Source: Takakia lepidozioides
Lineage: Eukaryota > Plantae > Bryophyta
Length of the DNA stretch: 64,000 nt
Direction: 5' to 3'
Assembly: GCA_030704615.1 (NCBI GenBank)
Contig: CM060733.1
Location: 310,001-374,000 of the forward strand
A program made the position numbers and the translations under genes. Each line of letters opens with the position of its first letter. Positions within the stretch are counted from its first letter, which is position 1. Shown here piece after piece: positions 48,997-62,720 of this stretch. The notes under the pieces were generated by a model, which saw only the letters and a list, made by a program, of their open reading frames with translations, was not told the DNA's origin and ran no database searches.

Positions 48997-51900
48997 TTGG
49001 AATAGTGGTAGTGGACATGACTGGAGGCAGCTAACAAGACATGGGAGGCTAAGCTCATAGGAGTCAATACACGAGATCCCAAGCTCAAGTTCACAGATTG
49101 CAAGACGGCGACTAACGATGGGGCAACTCTTGCACCCGGCCTCTTGATCTATCGAGTTTGAGTGTAGTAGGGATAGTGGTGGAGGACTTAGTGAGGCTAT
49201 GGTCACTATCACATCTTGTGGCTACCTGGACTTAGAGGGACCTAAGCACCAGCTAGGGGGACGATTGTGTGGACTAGTGACTGCCATAGTGGGCAGCATA
49301 GTGGCAGCCTAGTGATTGACTATTTGTAGCCTAGTGGTTGGACTAGTGGTGGACTAGTGGTATACTAGTGTGTGGTGTGCACATATGTTGTGTGGTTTTG
49401 GACAACGATGTACTACCTTCCAGCTGAAAGAAAAAGAATGAACGGCCAGAGCTGCATCACCTATCAGGGATCCGTCAGCAGTGTCTCCATCGGCCTTGCC
49501 CCTGCTTCCATGCAAGTAGCCACATTTGTTAAGACAACTTGCTAGATGTCCAGGCCTCTTTGCGTGCTAGTAATTTGTTTTGAACGACTTGGGACATATT
49601 ATCATAAAATCAGTGTAGACTCAGACGGCGTCGTAATGGAACATAACAAGCTCCGTTGCAAATGTAATTTTGGGCAGAAAAATCATAGGCACATACAGAT
49701 CTTGCAACATAATAAAAATATACGTCGACATATAACTCGCCGCTCTGATAAAATCCCAATCCCCTGTATAACGTAGTTTAAGAGCTTCCACCCTCCTATT
49801 CGTAGCCAACCACTCTCATAAAGATCTGTATGAAAGTAAATGAACTAGCTAATATCTATGAACTATAGATAGTATGAAATGAACTAGTAAACTTCGTTTT
49901 TGACCATACCAAGCCTCACCGGACTTCCCTGGATCTCCCTCCTCATGCTGGTCCTCATTGCCGCCAGCCCCTAAGGGAGACGAACCTTAAATGGACAGTC
50001 TACCTAGTTCGCATGGATAGAGTGAGCAGGACAATATAAAAATAATTTTCATGGATTAGCAAATCGAAAAGAAGTATGACCCAATTTTCTAGTTGAATTT
50101 ATAGTGATAATATGAAATAGATATGATTTTTCAAAGTCTGGGACTCGTAGACACCTATTTGTGGCACATAGGCCCCCCCCCCAAAGCAAACAAAAATAAT
50201 CCTATTATGGTTACTTTGTCATCCAATTTTAATTTTAATTGGTCCTAAAGTAGACATGAACATAGCCTTATGTGAATATGGTTAGACCTTAAATGGACAT
50301 CATTGATGGCCAATGTGGCCCAACAGAGTTAATGTATCATGCTACTCTGACCCTGGCGGCCCGCATGAGGGAGCGTTTTTCTAAAATATCCCAGCTAACA
50401 TCCCCTAAGGCCTAGGCTGAAGACCATCAATTGACCAATCACCCTAATAAATATGTTTAGCCCTCAGAAGTGGTACTTGATATTGCATTAACCACACGTT
50501 GTCTTGAGCGAAACTCCTAGCCCGCTGTCCCAAAAATCCCAATGATTAACATATGTGTAACCCTCTTTGATCCTAAATCGGTCACATATTCCCCTCAATG
50601 TGGTCCCATTTCCTGAATGTCACTATAATGTAAAGGCATTGTCACTTTAAGGTCAAAACATAGGTGTCCATCAACATTTTTTTTTTTCATTTAAGAACTT
50701 GAGCCACGTTGGCTCTTGGCTGGCCTATGAGGAAGATCAATTTGGTGACTCTGTGGCATGTGATCTCGAACCGGTGGCAACTGTCAAGAATGTTTGAGGA
50801 GTTTTATGCGAACTCAACTCATGTAGTGTTCGGTTTGTGGGAGCGACAAGGGAGGTAATTTTTTCTAAGCAACAACAAAGCCTAGCACAACTTTGTCACA
50901 TGGATACAATCCATTGACAAATATGACTAATCTTGTGCAAGATCAGCAACTCTGCTCAAAGCCTCATGTGCCAGTGCAAGAGATGGTGCAAGTCTGCTTA
51001 AATGGAGGTGCATGACACGGATACTAGGCGGGGAAGCGAAACCTAAATGAGAGTTCCCTCCATAACTCGACCCCTTGGCGAAAGCGGGAAGAGTTTGAAC
51101 CCAAGGATTTGCTCCTCGCGTTGGCAGGGTGGTAGGGTTTCTAGAAATCGATAGGCAAGATCATCTAGATCTAACGAACCCAAATGGCATGTGGCTCTTT
51201 CCATGTGCGACAGTTGTACAAGCGGCGTCCTCATTGCAACGACATGATGGCCTTAGGGAGGGCAGTAATGCAAAACAGTGCCATATTTTAACCCATAATT
51301 CCTTTGTAAATTTTGTGAGGCCAATTTCTGGATCGAAAAGTGGCGAAATTTCGGGCATAAAAAAAACGCTGGTGTCCATTTAAGGTCACCGACCATTTTA
51401 GATACGTCTCCCTTACCGCTATCTCCCTCCTCCCACCGCTAGTCCTCATTGCCGCCAGCCCCCCACAAGCCTCCACCACCATCACCCCAGTGCGATGTCG
51501 TACCTCTGGTGGTACTGTACAGCCACAAGCGGCTATCGAACACCAGTCTACCACACTGCTCCTCTGGTACTCCCTCTACTCTAGAGCCTTTGCCAAACTT
51601 GGCTTGGGCATGCACTAATAGCCATGTGCTCCTTGGAGCAATAGCCCGGTTCATGCCACTGCATGCTTGGAGCGCCTCTCTCGGGCATGCAGTGCCAAGG
51701 TGCCCCGCCATGCAATGGGCATACATGCCCACATGGGGCCCCACATGCAATAGCCACGACGCGCTGCTCACTCCTCCTCGACTTCCAGACACCGGCTTCC
51801 ATGTCGACTGCCCATTGAGGGACTTTTTTTCCATTCAACTTGGGGTACATATATAGCGGCCGTTCCTAAGTGGACTGCCCCTATTGGCCTGCATCACTGT

Positions 51901-53168
51901 GCTGTTTTCCACTAAAAAGATGACCATTATGGTGTCTCGACTACTCAGGACGACTGCCTTCCGTTGGAAGGTGCAGACTTTGAATCCTAGATCACCGTGG
52001 TTATGCAGAGGCAAACTCCCAACCACTCGCATACCTGCTCCAGTGCTCATGTCTCAAATGTCTATCTGCAGTTGGTGTGCCCTCATAATATAAGGAAGGG
52101 AGCCATGAGTCAGCCTGGCCCACTCTTGAAGCCATCGCACTGCTGGCTTGCACGGCAGCTGTGCTCTTGTCCTCTCTCTCTTAACTTACTTGTTGCACTA
52201 CACCACAGTGTGCGAAGACCCACATGACAGATTGACAGAATCAAAATCTCAGGGGGTGTTAAGAATTACTGTTAGTTATCATCATTCCCATGGAAGGTGC
52301 TCTTTTGTACCTCCTCAACAAACTAAGTACTTGAAGAAAGTTATCTGACTGCTGGAGCGTCCACCCTCCCTCATGTCTGTATTAAAGATTTGGATTCATG
52401 TTTCTCTCTCACAGCGCCCTGTGTTCCGACTTTGTAGCTCTCTAGGGGCGGGGTGGGCCCTCTGCAGATTGCCCTTCGACATTCCACTCTACTCTACCGG
52501 AATTTTTACCATCTCTTTGCGTGCAAGTCTGGACATAAAGTGACCATTCGTCACTGTCAGTGGACTTCAGGAGATCTATGCTCTGTTCTTCTCTCTGAGT
52601 GTGGGTTTCGCTTTGCATGAGCGCTGTGTATAACTTCAAATACTACAGTCTACTCTACGGCAAGACTTTCCTCTTCTACGATGTTTTGTGGAATTCCATA
52701 TTGTCCCAGTGGAACCTATGATTTCTGTGTCTGCGAGGACAATGATTCTGTCTCCAGATCAGTTTCTCTGGATAAAACACACTTTGGAATGCGAGGATGA
52801 GTTCCTCGATTCCATCAGTTTGTTGTTGTCTGATCTCCAGCTATCCCTGGGATGAGGTTCTTTCGTCACCCAAAGGCGGCAGGAGATCTAGACGCCCAGT
52901 TTATCAAACTCCACCTCACCATCGCGGAAAGAACAAAGTGAGGAGTTCGTCATCAGTTGTAAGTATCCCAATCGCGCTCTGTAGAGTGCCTTCCTCACTA
53001 CCAAGTTACTCGAGGACTGCTTCCATGAGGTTCGAAATGTCCCTTTATCTTACAAAGAACTGTTTGTAGAAAGGAGGTCGTAGCTACAGGAAATGGGGTG
53101 GAAAACACGGCTCTCATTTAAGTAGTGATTGCCACATTTTTCAGGGTGGCAACTTCCTTGATCGCGTC

Positions 53169-56100
53169 ATGGCTGCGGCACATGCTAGCCTTTGCCAATC
53201 TTATATTCCCCTGGCTGATACATCTGCGCCAAATGTAATACGAGGGAAGGACGCCACTGCATCAAGCACACTAGTGTCCATTTCCATTTATAGCAATTTG
53301 ATGGGGCGCACTTATTTAGCAAGACCACAGAAACTTAGATTTGATCAACAGCTATCACAAGGATTGCAGCGAGCATCTGGAAATGAAAGGCTTCGTGTAT
53401 CTGGCAACCACTTGCGGAGAAAAAATAGTGCAAAAGAGATCAGTTTTAGTCCGGGAGGGCCGAGTGTGTCAATCCAATTTACAACATCCATGCATTCAAA
53501 TCACCAAAGAAAAAGCCGTCAACTGTCTCTCGCTGTAGCGCCCCTAACCTTTCTCGAGAAGTTGCCAGGGCCATCGCGTTCTCCCGAAAAAGTGGCCAGC
53601 GGTTTAACTTCTTTGAAGAATGTAGCGCTCCTTCAAGACAGCCTGGGCACTTTGAGCCGATCCATGGCTTCAGTGGTGCAGAAGGCAACAGAGTTCTCAA
53701 ATGTGCCCACCCCTTCTCCAAGCCTGCAGTTACTTCGGCAATCCTCTTCCAGTCTCTGGCAAGCTGCTGCAACTGTTACCAAGTCAGCGAGTGTTGGACA
53801 ATTAAGTCACTCAGCATCCATGGTGCTGCACAATGCTCAGGCCCTGACTTCTGAGATAGGCTCGAGGGTCGCCCACCTGGCATCAGGCAGCTTAGAATTC
53901 CACACGCCCTCGCTGTCTACTTCAGCAGAGCATTTGGCTAGCCAGATTGGGACAACTGTAGGAGGGTACTATGAAGGGCTGGGCATAGAAGCCGCCCCAA
54001 TGACCACAACAGCTGTGCTCGCCACCATAGCCACCTCATCGGTTGTTGTTTCTTCGCTGCATTTCACCGAAAACAAGAAGGCTGTCGTGGAGGGAAAAGA
54101 TTTACCTTTGAGATACAACCCCGATGCAATTGCTTCATATTTCAAAACAAGACCAATTGATATAATCATACGGTCCGTCAAAATCATGTTCGAGTGTTGC
54201 ACATTGACGGCCAACATTCTGATTGACAAGTACGTTGGGCGGGAACAAGATAATCAGAGACTCCGCGCAACGCAGCTAGTGGAGCTGGTGGCCAGGCTTG
54301 GACCCACAGCTATCAAGGTCGGGCTCTGAACATCTCCATCTCAAGCACTTGCACCATCCTGAATACAATACAAATGTCAAAAATTGAGAAATGGGTCACT
54401 TATATAGTTGTAGGCTTTCTTTGTGCCCGGAAACCTTGTACTGATGCCCAGCTATCCAAGTCTCATGCTGCAGGGAGAGAGGATGAGGGAGGAGTGTTAC
54501 CCAATTAACTGTTTTGTACCAAGTATTTGCTTTCTACACTCCAGCAACCATTCTACTAAGGGAGGCGTTGTATGTACAGAAACTTTTCCTGCCAGTAGCC
54601 ATGGGTGCTGGGACCGTGATAATTTTGCCATGTCTTTCATAAGCTCCTCTTTCTTCAAATTAAGTTATAATATTTCACCTAATCCCTTGACGTGGCCACT
54701 GCATGCTTCTATTTCTCCTCATTCCACCCGTCTGACATTGTAGAGGGAGCTTAGCTCAAGAGGCTCAGGGGCCCTATTCAATGTCACATTAGGCCATATG
54801 GATACCGAGGATCTTGCTAGAAAGGTGATTAATGTTTTTAATTTTCTAAACAAGGTTATCGTGGTGGGATCAAAACCTCAGTAAGATGAATGTTCTTTGT
54901 CTCGGTGGCTGTGTTAACAGATAGGGCAGGCACTGAGTATCAGGCCTGACATATTACCAGTGGTTTACCTGGAGGAGTTACAAAAGCTTCAAGATCGTGT
55001 CCCTCCATTCTCAAACACAGAAGCCAAGCAGTTAATCCTTGAAGGCCTGGGCAAAGATGCGGAAGAAATTTTCTCTGAGATCTCAGTGGAGCCAGTCGCT
55101 GCAGCATCTCTAGGGCAGGTAGTCACACTTCCACTTCTTTGGATGGTTAGTTAAAGAAAGAAAAATAGTAACTGATAACTTCCATGAGAGGGAGAGAGAG
55201 AAATGAGAGAGAAATGCTATTGTCCAGACAGTTCCATAGATGTTACAATGGCAATTGTCATGGATTCTCACACGAAACATTTCAGGTTTACAAAGCACGG
55301 TTGCAAGAGACTGGAGATATTGTTGCAGTCAAGGTTCAGAGGCCAGGGGTCCTGGAGGGGGTTTCCCGTGATCTCTATCTGCTAAGGACAGGAGCACGGT
55401 TGCTTCAAGCTCTACCATTCATGCAAACAGACTTTGTTGGTCTTCTCGACACCTGGGCTCTCCGCTTTTTCGATGAGCTTGACTATGTGCAAGAGGTGGC
55501 TGCTCAAACCCAAACTCTGTTTGCATCAAATAATTTAGTCCCACCATTCCCCTAGTCCTGCTCCCACTTACCTCCCCCTCTCCTTCTGTTCCCTCAGGCA
55601 CAATTGCTATGGCCACATATCTATAGACGAGGGAATTATGATGCCCACAGGAGGCCAAGATGGCAGAGAGAGAGTATTCATTGGTCTTTCCCTGCGGAAG
55701 TGTATAATCCCCCAAGATACCAGCACTGGTTGCAGGATTTGAACATATATACGGAAGTCACAGGCAATTGCCATATCATCCGTGCATAGCTGATGACATA
55801 TTGGTCATAGGGGATACAGCCTGGATTTGTGGGTTGCCATTTTCATCATGCTAAAAAGCATGACTTTTATTCCAGCACTGCTCTCTAGCTTGCAACAGAC
55901 CTGGGCAGTATATGGCTGTAATTACACCTCAGTGATACTTGTGAGAAAGGGTGGCGAAACTTTGTAACATCCCTGGGAAGCTTGAGCAAAGAAATGAAGT
56001 GATACTTCTATAATGTCTGTTGGGAAGCTATGGGACAAGGGAAAGCATGAAACAAGAAAGAGAGTGGGGCCCTCCACATGCAGCCCGGAAACAACTATTG

Positions 56101-59100
56101 ATCAAGGGATTGTCCAAGAGTGAATGCCTCATGCAGTCATTAACTGAGAGCTCAGAGTGCTCATTGGAGAAAAATACAGAATAAATAAGGAAATCAGCAC
56201 CAGAAACCAGGGCCAAATTTCCTGCATGAAGATGGAGTATCTTGTGAAGGAATGCTGCCTTCAGAACAAGATGCCTCTCCAGAAATGAGCACTTCCTGAA
56301 GAGCGTAGTATCTCCCTCTAATCTCCTACTACATAGGGCAGGAGGAAGAGAAGTGATGTTCTATCGGACAGTGTGCGTCATACAATCTGGGCATTATGTC
56401 CTACTCTCACAAAGTACGGTAAGCCCTCTGCCTAGCTCAATCTGAAGATTGTGCGAACAGACTCTGAGAGCACTTTATAGGGCAGCACATTGATGCTCTT
56501 TCAGAAGCCAGCTGCGCAGAATCTGAAGGCTTGACTTGATGATCTTGGAGCAAAGCTGTGTTATCACTGACAACAAAAATATATGTGGCCACTGTGCAGG
56601 GCAAGAATGCAATCCGGTTCTCAAAGGATATGAGATTTTTGCCAAATGTCACTGTTCCTGATGTTTATCCCTCACACACCTCCCGCAAGGTACGCTACAT
56701 CTGTACGCTGCCTAAGCTGGTTTTGTCTTTGACTTTGGTGTTTTGAGGGAGAACGAGCACATGGCTGTGGAAATACAAAGGCCATGTAAACAATGACATT
56801 TCTTAGCTCTCGTATGTGGGCTTACACCACGTTAACCAGATTACTAAATATTGACTATATGTTGATCCGTAGGTGCTAACAACTGCATGGGTGAATGGAG
56901 AGAAGTTGTCAGAGAGCAATGCGGCCGATTTGTTGCCACTGATCACAACGGCCCTTAATTGCTACCTAATACAACTGCTAGAAAGTGGGTTTCTTCACGC
57001 TGATCCTCATCCTGGCAACCTTCTGCGCACAACCGATGGCCGTCTGTGTGTCCTGGACTTTGGGCTTATGACCGAGGTGCGCACTTTTTGGCTCCCCCTC
57101 CTCTCTGTTTCTCTATTGCGTGTGTAAAATTGTGTTTGATTTTTCAGGTGTCATTTAAAACCGGTAAAGGACTGTAATTTCACAGGTTACTGAAGACCAG
57201 CGCTACACACTCATGGAATACGTTTCTCACCTGGTGAACTCAGACTATGCCCGTGTTGCGGAGGATCTGGTGAAGCTAGGCTTTGTGCCCGCAGAGTTTG
57301 TGGACCCAGAGAAGACTGCTGCAGTGGTGCCACAAATCAGTCGAGTGCTGGGCCAGATTGTTCAAGGAGGCGGGGTCCAGAAAGTCAACATCCAGCAGGT
57401 ACATTGCTTGTTTGGATAGATAATGGAATTTTGTGGAGGCTAGTAAGGCAGGTGAAGAAGTTGGTGATGTACTCATTGCATTTCAAACTCGCATATTGAT
57501 TGTCAGCTGAAGGAAAATCCCCTACACAGATCTTCCCAATCATCTTACCAAACTTTCTTGTAGCATTGTGTAGGTCACAGACGATCTTATCAAGATTTCG
57601 AAAGACTACGTGTTTGTGATCCCACCCTACTTTGCCCTCATACTGCGTGCCTTCTCGGTGTTGGAAGGAATTGGGCTGGACGCTGATCCTGACTACACCA
57701 TTGTCCATGAGTGCTATCCATACATCTCCAAACGACTGCTCACTGATGACAGGTATCTTTGCCAATGTCTCTTATGAAAGAGCTTGCCTGCAGGAGCAGC
57801 TTTGGGGCGGGCGGGGGGATGAGAGAGCAAAAAGGAAATTGAGAGTCTAACGGTGGGGAATGTGTTTCCAGTCCTCGAACCCGCGTGGCTCTACAGTATT
57901 TCTTGTATGGGGGAAAGACCCAGCTGGATATCCAGAGGGTGGAGGACATAACTGCCGGGTTTCAGAACTTCCGAGAGCTCATGGTGCCCACCAATGGTGA
58001 GGCCGGGCAACCTCCCAAACTAAAGCCTATAGATCCATGGACCAAAGAAGCCTTGCTGTTGCTTTTTGCTCCTGAAGGAAGTTTTGTCCAAGAGCTTCTT
58101 CTGACTGAGGTGTGTCCTCTCTCCCTCAAGGGGTGACGTTGCCAGGTTATCTAGTACATACATAGTTCTCATGCACAAGATCTGGACTTCGTGCTGAAGT
58201 TATAAATTTCCTTTCCTTCTTTCTTCCTTTACCATATGTATTTCCATTTTATCTCAACAGTACAACCAGCAGTGCAAGCACAGACATGTGTGACATTAGT
58301 TGTAAGCTAGAGGGCTAAGGAGCAGTGATAGCATTAACCTCATGCTGTGCAGTATACAAGGTTACAGAAACTATAATCATCAATGGACTTTCTCTTGCCC
58401 TGAGTACCTTTATACCAAGGCTCTGTGCTGGCTTGATAAATGGGAGAACTTTCCCTTTGAAGAAAATCCCTGCTTTTACCATTGTAGCTGCCTGAAACCA
58501 AACAAGGACACAAACGAGCTACTTTCATGTTTTCAAAACGCAAGAATAGTGTCCCAGAACTTTTCTGATGGGTCTTTGGGATCTGGCAGCTTGTACGTGC
58601 AGTGGATGCCCTTTCTCGGGAGGCTTTAGCAGAGCTCTGGCACTACTTCGCAACCACGATACGCATCCCTCTCCCAGCATCACTGGTTGCCCCCGGGTCC
58701 TGGCCGCTTCCGCTACCTGGCCTTGTGATGGGGCTCAACCCTGTGGCTAAACTCTCTGAGGAGGACCAAAAGTCGCTCAAAACAGTAAGAAGGCTATGGA
58801 TACTGATTGAGCCCCAGCTCAATCGACAAAGCTCTTTTGCAGGTACGTAAAATATGAACAACTCTACAATTATCATAGTGCGATGTGGGTGGAGTATTAC
58901 TTGGCAGACTAAGTAGTCATTCCTGCACTCGTACACCCTTCCAATGAACAAGCTGTTGGAAGATTAGAACAAATCTCCTTGAGATCCTTGACTCAACCTT
59001 GACATATGAACAAGTGGGGACTTACAACTACCTAAGGGGCATCCCACACTGCAAAGCTGAAGCTCAACTGAGAGCAAGTTAATCCAGCTGGGAGAAAGAG

Positions 59101-59628
59101 ACCCATACGTTTGTAGGCGTGATGGTGAGGATTGTGAGCATTGTCTGATCCAGTCCAATGGGCATGTCTTTTGTGGAGTGTGGCTATGGCCATTGCATGC
59201 TTGATTCACACCCTCGGGGGATGAAGAATCCCTTGTCCAGTTCCATGAGGGTACCGTGAGGGGACTGGCGCCACAAATGTATGAGCAAGCAAAGTCATCT
59301 ATGATTGCCTTTCTAAGTTCTTTTCAGCAATTTAAGTCAGTCTGTCAGTCTTAGCTGATTTTGAATGTGTGATGTTTCAGAGATTGTAGAAGTCGCCGAA
59401 GACATAATGCCCTTGTTGTGGGATCTAGTCCCTGGAGTCACAACGGCTGCTCAACGATTTGCAGTGATGCTTCTTCAGAGACAGGCCCTCCGCTTTGCAG
59501 ATGACCTTGATGGGAAGAAGTCACTCTTGGAGTGGGATAAAGATCCAACAGCCTTTGCTAGACAGATTCGACCGTTCCCACTTGCATTCTCTAAACAAAG
59601 ACTAGCTAGTGGAAGCCTGTCCACTTAG
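53169..59628 (+). CDS. ABC1/UbiB (aarF) atypical kinase, probably plastid-targeted; 10 exons
   Basis: Exons 53169-54317, 54921-55118, 55286-55495, 56600-56688, 56873-57076, 57186-57398, 57574-57752, 57871-58109, 58590-58842, 59382-59628. Motifs LGPTAIKIGQALSIRPD, LQKLQDRVPPF, AAASLGQVYKA, VAVKVQRP, ELDY, HADPHPGN, LDFGLM, IPPYFALILRAFSVLEG. Ser-rich N-terminal extension. Confidence 0.93.
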
Positions 59629-60950
59629 ACGATGATGATCGTGTGCATATGCTTGATCAATAAGAAGGAAGGGCAATTCCAACTCAGTACTTCTACACTA
59701 TGGAAATGTAGTTATATTGCAAGTACAATGCTGCAATTGTGTCTAGCAGGACCTAAACAGTGTTTTCTCTGGAGCTACAAATACATACCCAAGCCAATTT
59801 ACAGAATCTCTTACCCTTCTCCCACCAACCTTCATTTGTTCTATTTCCTAGACCCCTTAGCCCTTCTTCGTGGAGACTCTCAAAGCTGTGAAGAAATTGC
59901 AAACTGGTGGAGGTGTGGATCTATCAAGATCGCAGAACGAATTCACCAAGCATGCGAGAGCCACCTTGGCCCCATTCTTGGCAGATCTCTTCCAGCCCCG
60001 AGACACTGCAACGGGGTGACTGCGACAAGCTGAATCCGAGTGCAATCAATGTCTCTTCATTGATGGCTACTGTTTGGGTCAGTGGTAGCCATGCAACTTG
60101 AGAATTGGCCAGAGACATCCGGGCTGAGAGCCATCACATTTTCACTTTGCATACCATCCATGGACGTCTGTTTATGCCAAGAGATGGTGTACATATGTGG
60201 CCAAGCATTTTTTGGTCCTCGTAAATGAAACACTTGAGCTATTGGAATCGGGTGTCTGGGGAATCCAATAGCATCTGGATATGCACGGCTCTGCATAGCT
60301 ATGGCTGACCGAACAGCTAGTGTGGTCATACCCCACAACATCCGCTAGCTTCCTTCATCAGTCCTAGTATGGTACCTGCCCTGTAGTCTATCTAGGCGCT
60401 CTCTCTCGAAGCTGCTTTGGATGTAAAGGCGGCATTTCGGGCCAGCACCATGTCTGCGAAAGAAAAATCCACTGCTACATACTGACATCCGCACTTCCTC
60501 TTCGTCCTCTTGGAGTTCTACCATCACTCATGGAACAAGCGACGGAGTCGAGGGTTGTGTAGCAGAGAGCTGTCTGTCATTTAGAGCAACCAGGCTCACT
60601 GTGCAAGCTGTTCCATACGATGTAACCACCCTCTGCCCCTGCAGTGGGCATTCTAATTCTAATTCGCAGGAGGTCCTCCCCACTCAAATTGCAGTACCGG
60701 GTTCTAGATCTACTCCATGGCAAAACAAAGTCTAATATGTCTCTTCTCTCTCTCTCCTTCCCAATTGCATTGAAATCCCTAGTACCTTCAGAGAAGCAAC
60801 CTCTTCATCTTCAAAACCTTGCATGCCTTTGTCCCTGCCAAGCTGTAAGAATGCACCTCTTGTAAACTACACCATAACTTCGTAGTGCAGTCTCTCTCTG
60901 GCTCAATATCAATTGGCGATGGCGAGGAACTGTCGCCGAAGCTGCTACAA

Positions 60951-61326
60951 TAGAGTTATCCGTAAAGTGAGCCTGAGTTTGGTACCCTGTTTGGACCCGA
61001 GTTACGGGTTTCATCCCGAGTTTGAGTTAATCCGTAAAGTGCAGAAAACTGAGCACGAAGTCAGAAAAGAGGGCACCAAATCATAAACTGGGGATGAGGG
61101 CAACCGCTGCCATGGCGCCAGCTCGTGAGCTCTGACCGCCTCCGCCTGGACGACTAACAAAACTCGGCACCAAACTCCTGCCACCCCCATTTTCCTAGTC
61201 CTGGCAGTTTGGCCCCGTGTTTTTTTCTAGTCGTACCGCTTGATCCTGAGTTTGGAGTTTCATACCGAGTTTTGGCCAAACTCAGGGTTCTCATGCCGAG
61301 TTTGGGACCCTTTACGGTTAACTCTA
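60951..61326. mobile_element. hAT-like MITE
   Basis: 17-bp imperfect TIR TAGAGTTATCCGTAAAG / CTTTACGGTTAACTCTA with internal CCGAGTTT repeats. No TSD found. Confidence 0.65.
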
Positions 61327-61532
61327 ATGACCCTTTATCTTTATGTTTATGAAAACAGGGGAAAGTTAAGATGGTCTTGTGGGTTCGAATGAGATTGAAC
61401 CCCGAAACTGACCAAATGAGTTGGGGGTACATAGTAAAGTTATCCCCGATACAAAGTTTAATCTGCAAATGTTTTGGCTCTTATATTTTCTGGGAAATTA
61501 ATGACGTGCCATTCCTCCTGTCTGCTTCCTGA

Positions 61533-62306
61533 TCAGTGCAACTCCTCTACTCTGTCTGTGCTTGAGACTAGTTTTTGTCTGGCGATGGCAGCAGCTTCAG
61601 CTGCCTCTCGAAGTTGCTTCGCTATGGAAGGGCCGCTCTGGGCCACCATGTTTGCAAAAACATGGTCAACACTCCGTGTGCTCTCAGTTTTTCCCTCTTG
61701 GAGCTCTGACATCTCTGCGCCCATGGAAGAAGTTTGAGGAGTCAAAGGTTGCAGAACTGGGTAGAGCAACACTCACTTCCAATCATGTGCAACAGATGTG
61801 AGGTAAGTGGCATCTCCCCTGCGGCTTGTGATATTCTCTCTCATGACTACTTTGTTTCTCTCTCAGTGCATTGGTATTCGTTCAGTACCTCTATTCGCCC
61901 CTTTTAGGCTCACACTTGAATCGAGCGCAATCTTGGGGATTTTACGTCAGAGGGTTCTTGGAATTGCATAGAGAGTGTTCATCAATCTGGGGCAGGAGCT
62001 ATCAATTACCCAAATTCAGGCTAATCTGCGTAGTAACAAAGCATTATCCCCTAGAGAACATGGTTTATTCAAATGAAAGGTGTCAAACCTGCACGTCTCA
62101 GAAGATTGAGGGGAGAATCAAACTCAGCGATTCGGCCTTCTTTGGCCAAAACCAAAACACGGTCACAGTCGATGATGGTGTCGATGCGGTGAGCGATGGT
62201 CAGAACAGTGCAGTCATGGAAAACACTTCGCATGGCGGTCTGGATCAACTGGTCCGTCTCTCCATCGACGGCTGCAGTTGCTTCGTCCATCACTATGATC
62301 CGTGAC
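61533..62306 (-). CDS. ABCC (MRP) ABC transporter, last two exons (62306..62089, 61756..61533); rest lies upstream or outside the window
   Basis: [20 protein letters not shown]...[31 protein letters not shown] (Walker B, D-loop and H-loop of NBD2) and terminal [10 protein letters not shown]. Confidence 0.88.
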
Positions 62307-62720
62307 CTTCACAAGGAGAAAGCAGGTTAGCTGATGCACCACCATAAAGGACTTGAGGGAAGACATGTACTGTTTGGCTGTTCCTTGCAAACGCTACCTA
62401 TGACGTTGAGGGCATAGTCCTGGCAGGATGCTTAACCTCGTGGCTCTGCCTGGTGGGGCTTGGGCCACTGAAGGTATGGAGCTCCTGCTGAAATTGAGAG
62501 AGTAATAGAGAATATACTTAATATCAAGGGAAGTCCCCCACTTACCGGGCCTCCCTGTAAGTACCCCACTACCAGAGTGAGCCCCTCACAAAGGTAGTGT
62601 TGGTTCTGTTCCCTTTAGTTCCACTCAAACTGGGCGCAGGGTCTATGGCATTCACAGAGGCACTTGTCTCTCTTGAGAGAGAGAATGTACTCACAAGACT
62701 TTGTTTCCTGTAGCCTTGTG

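Larger units (their letters stand above)
42388..49405 (+). mobile_element. Ty3/Gypsy LTR retrotransposon (decayed) encoding gag - protease - C5 DNA methyltransferase - RT - RNase H - integrase - PHD finger
   Basis: Gypsy domain order PR-RT-RH-INT, two Gag zinc knuckles, and a PPT-like AGGGGG (49255-49260) followed by TG at 49266. About ten in-frame stops and a few frameshifts. The 5' boundary is not resolved and may extend to ~40-41 kb. Confidence 0.93.

Noticed and set aside
59860-60530. Protein-like minus-strand fragments after the ABC1 kinase
   Set aside because: No recognisable family or consistent exon structure.
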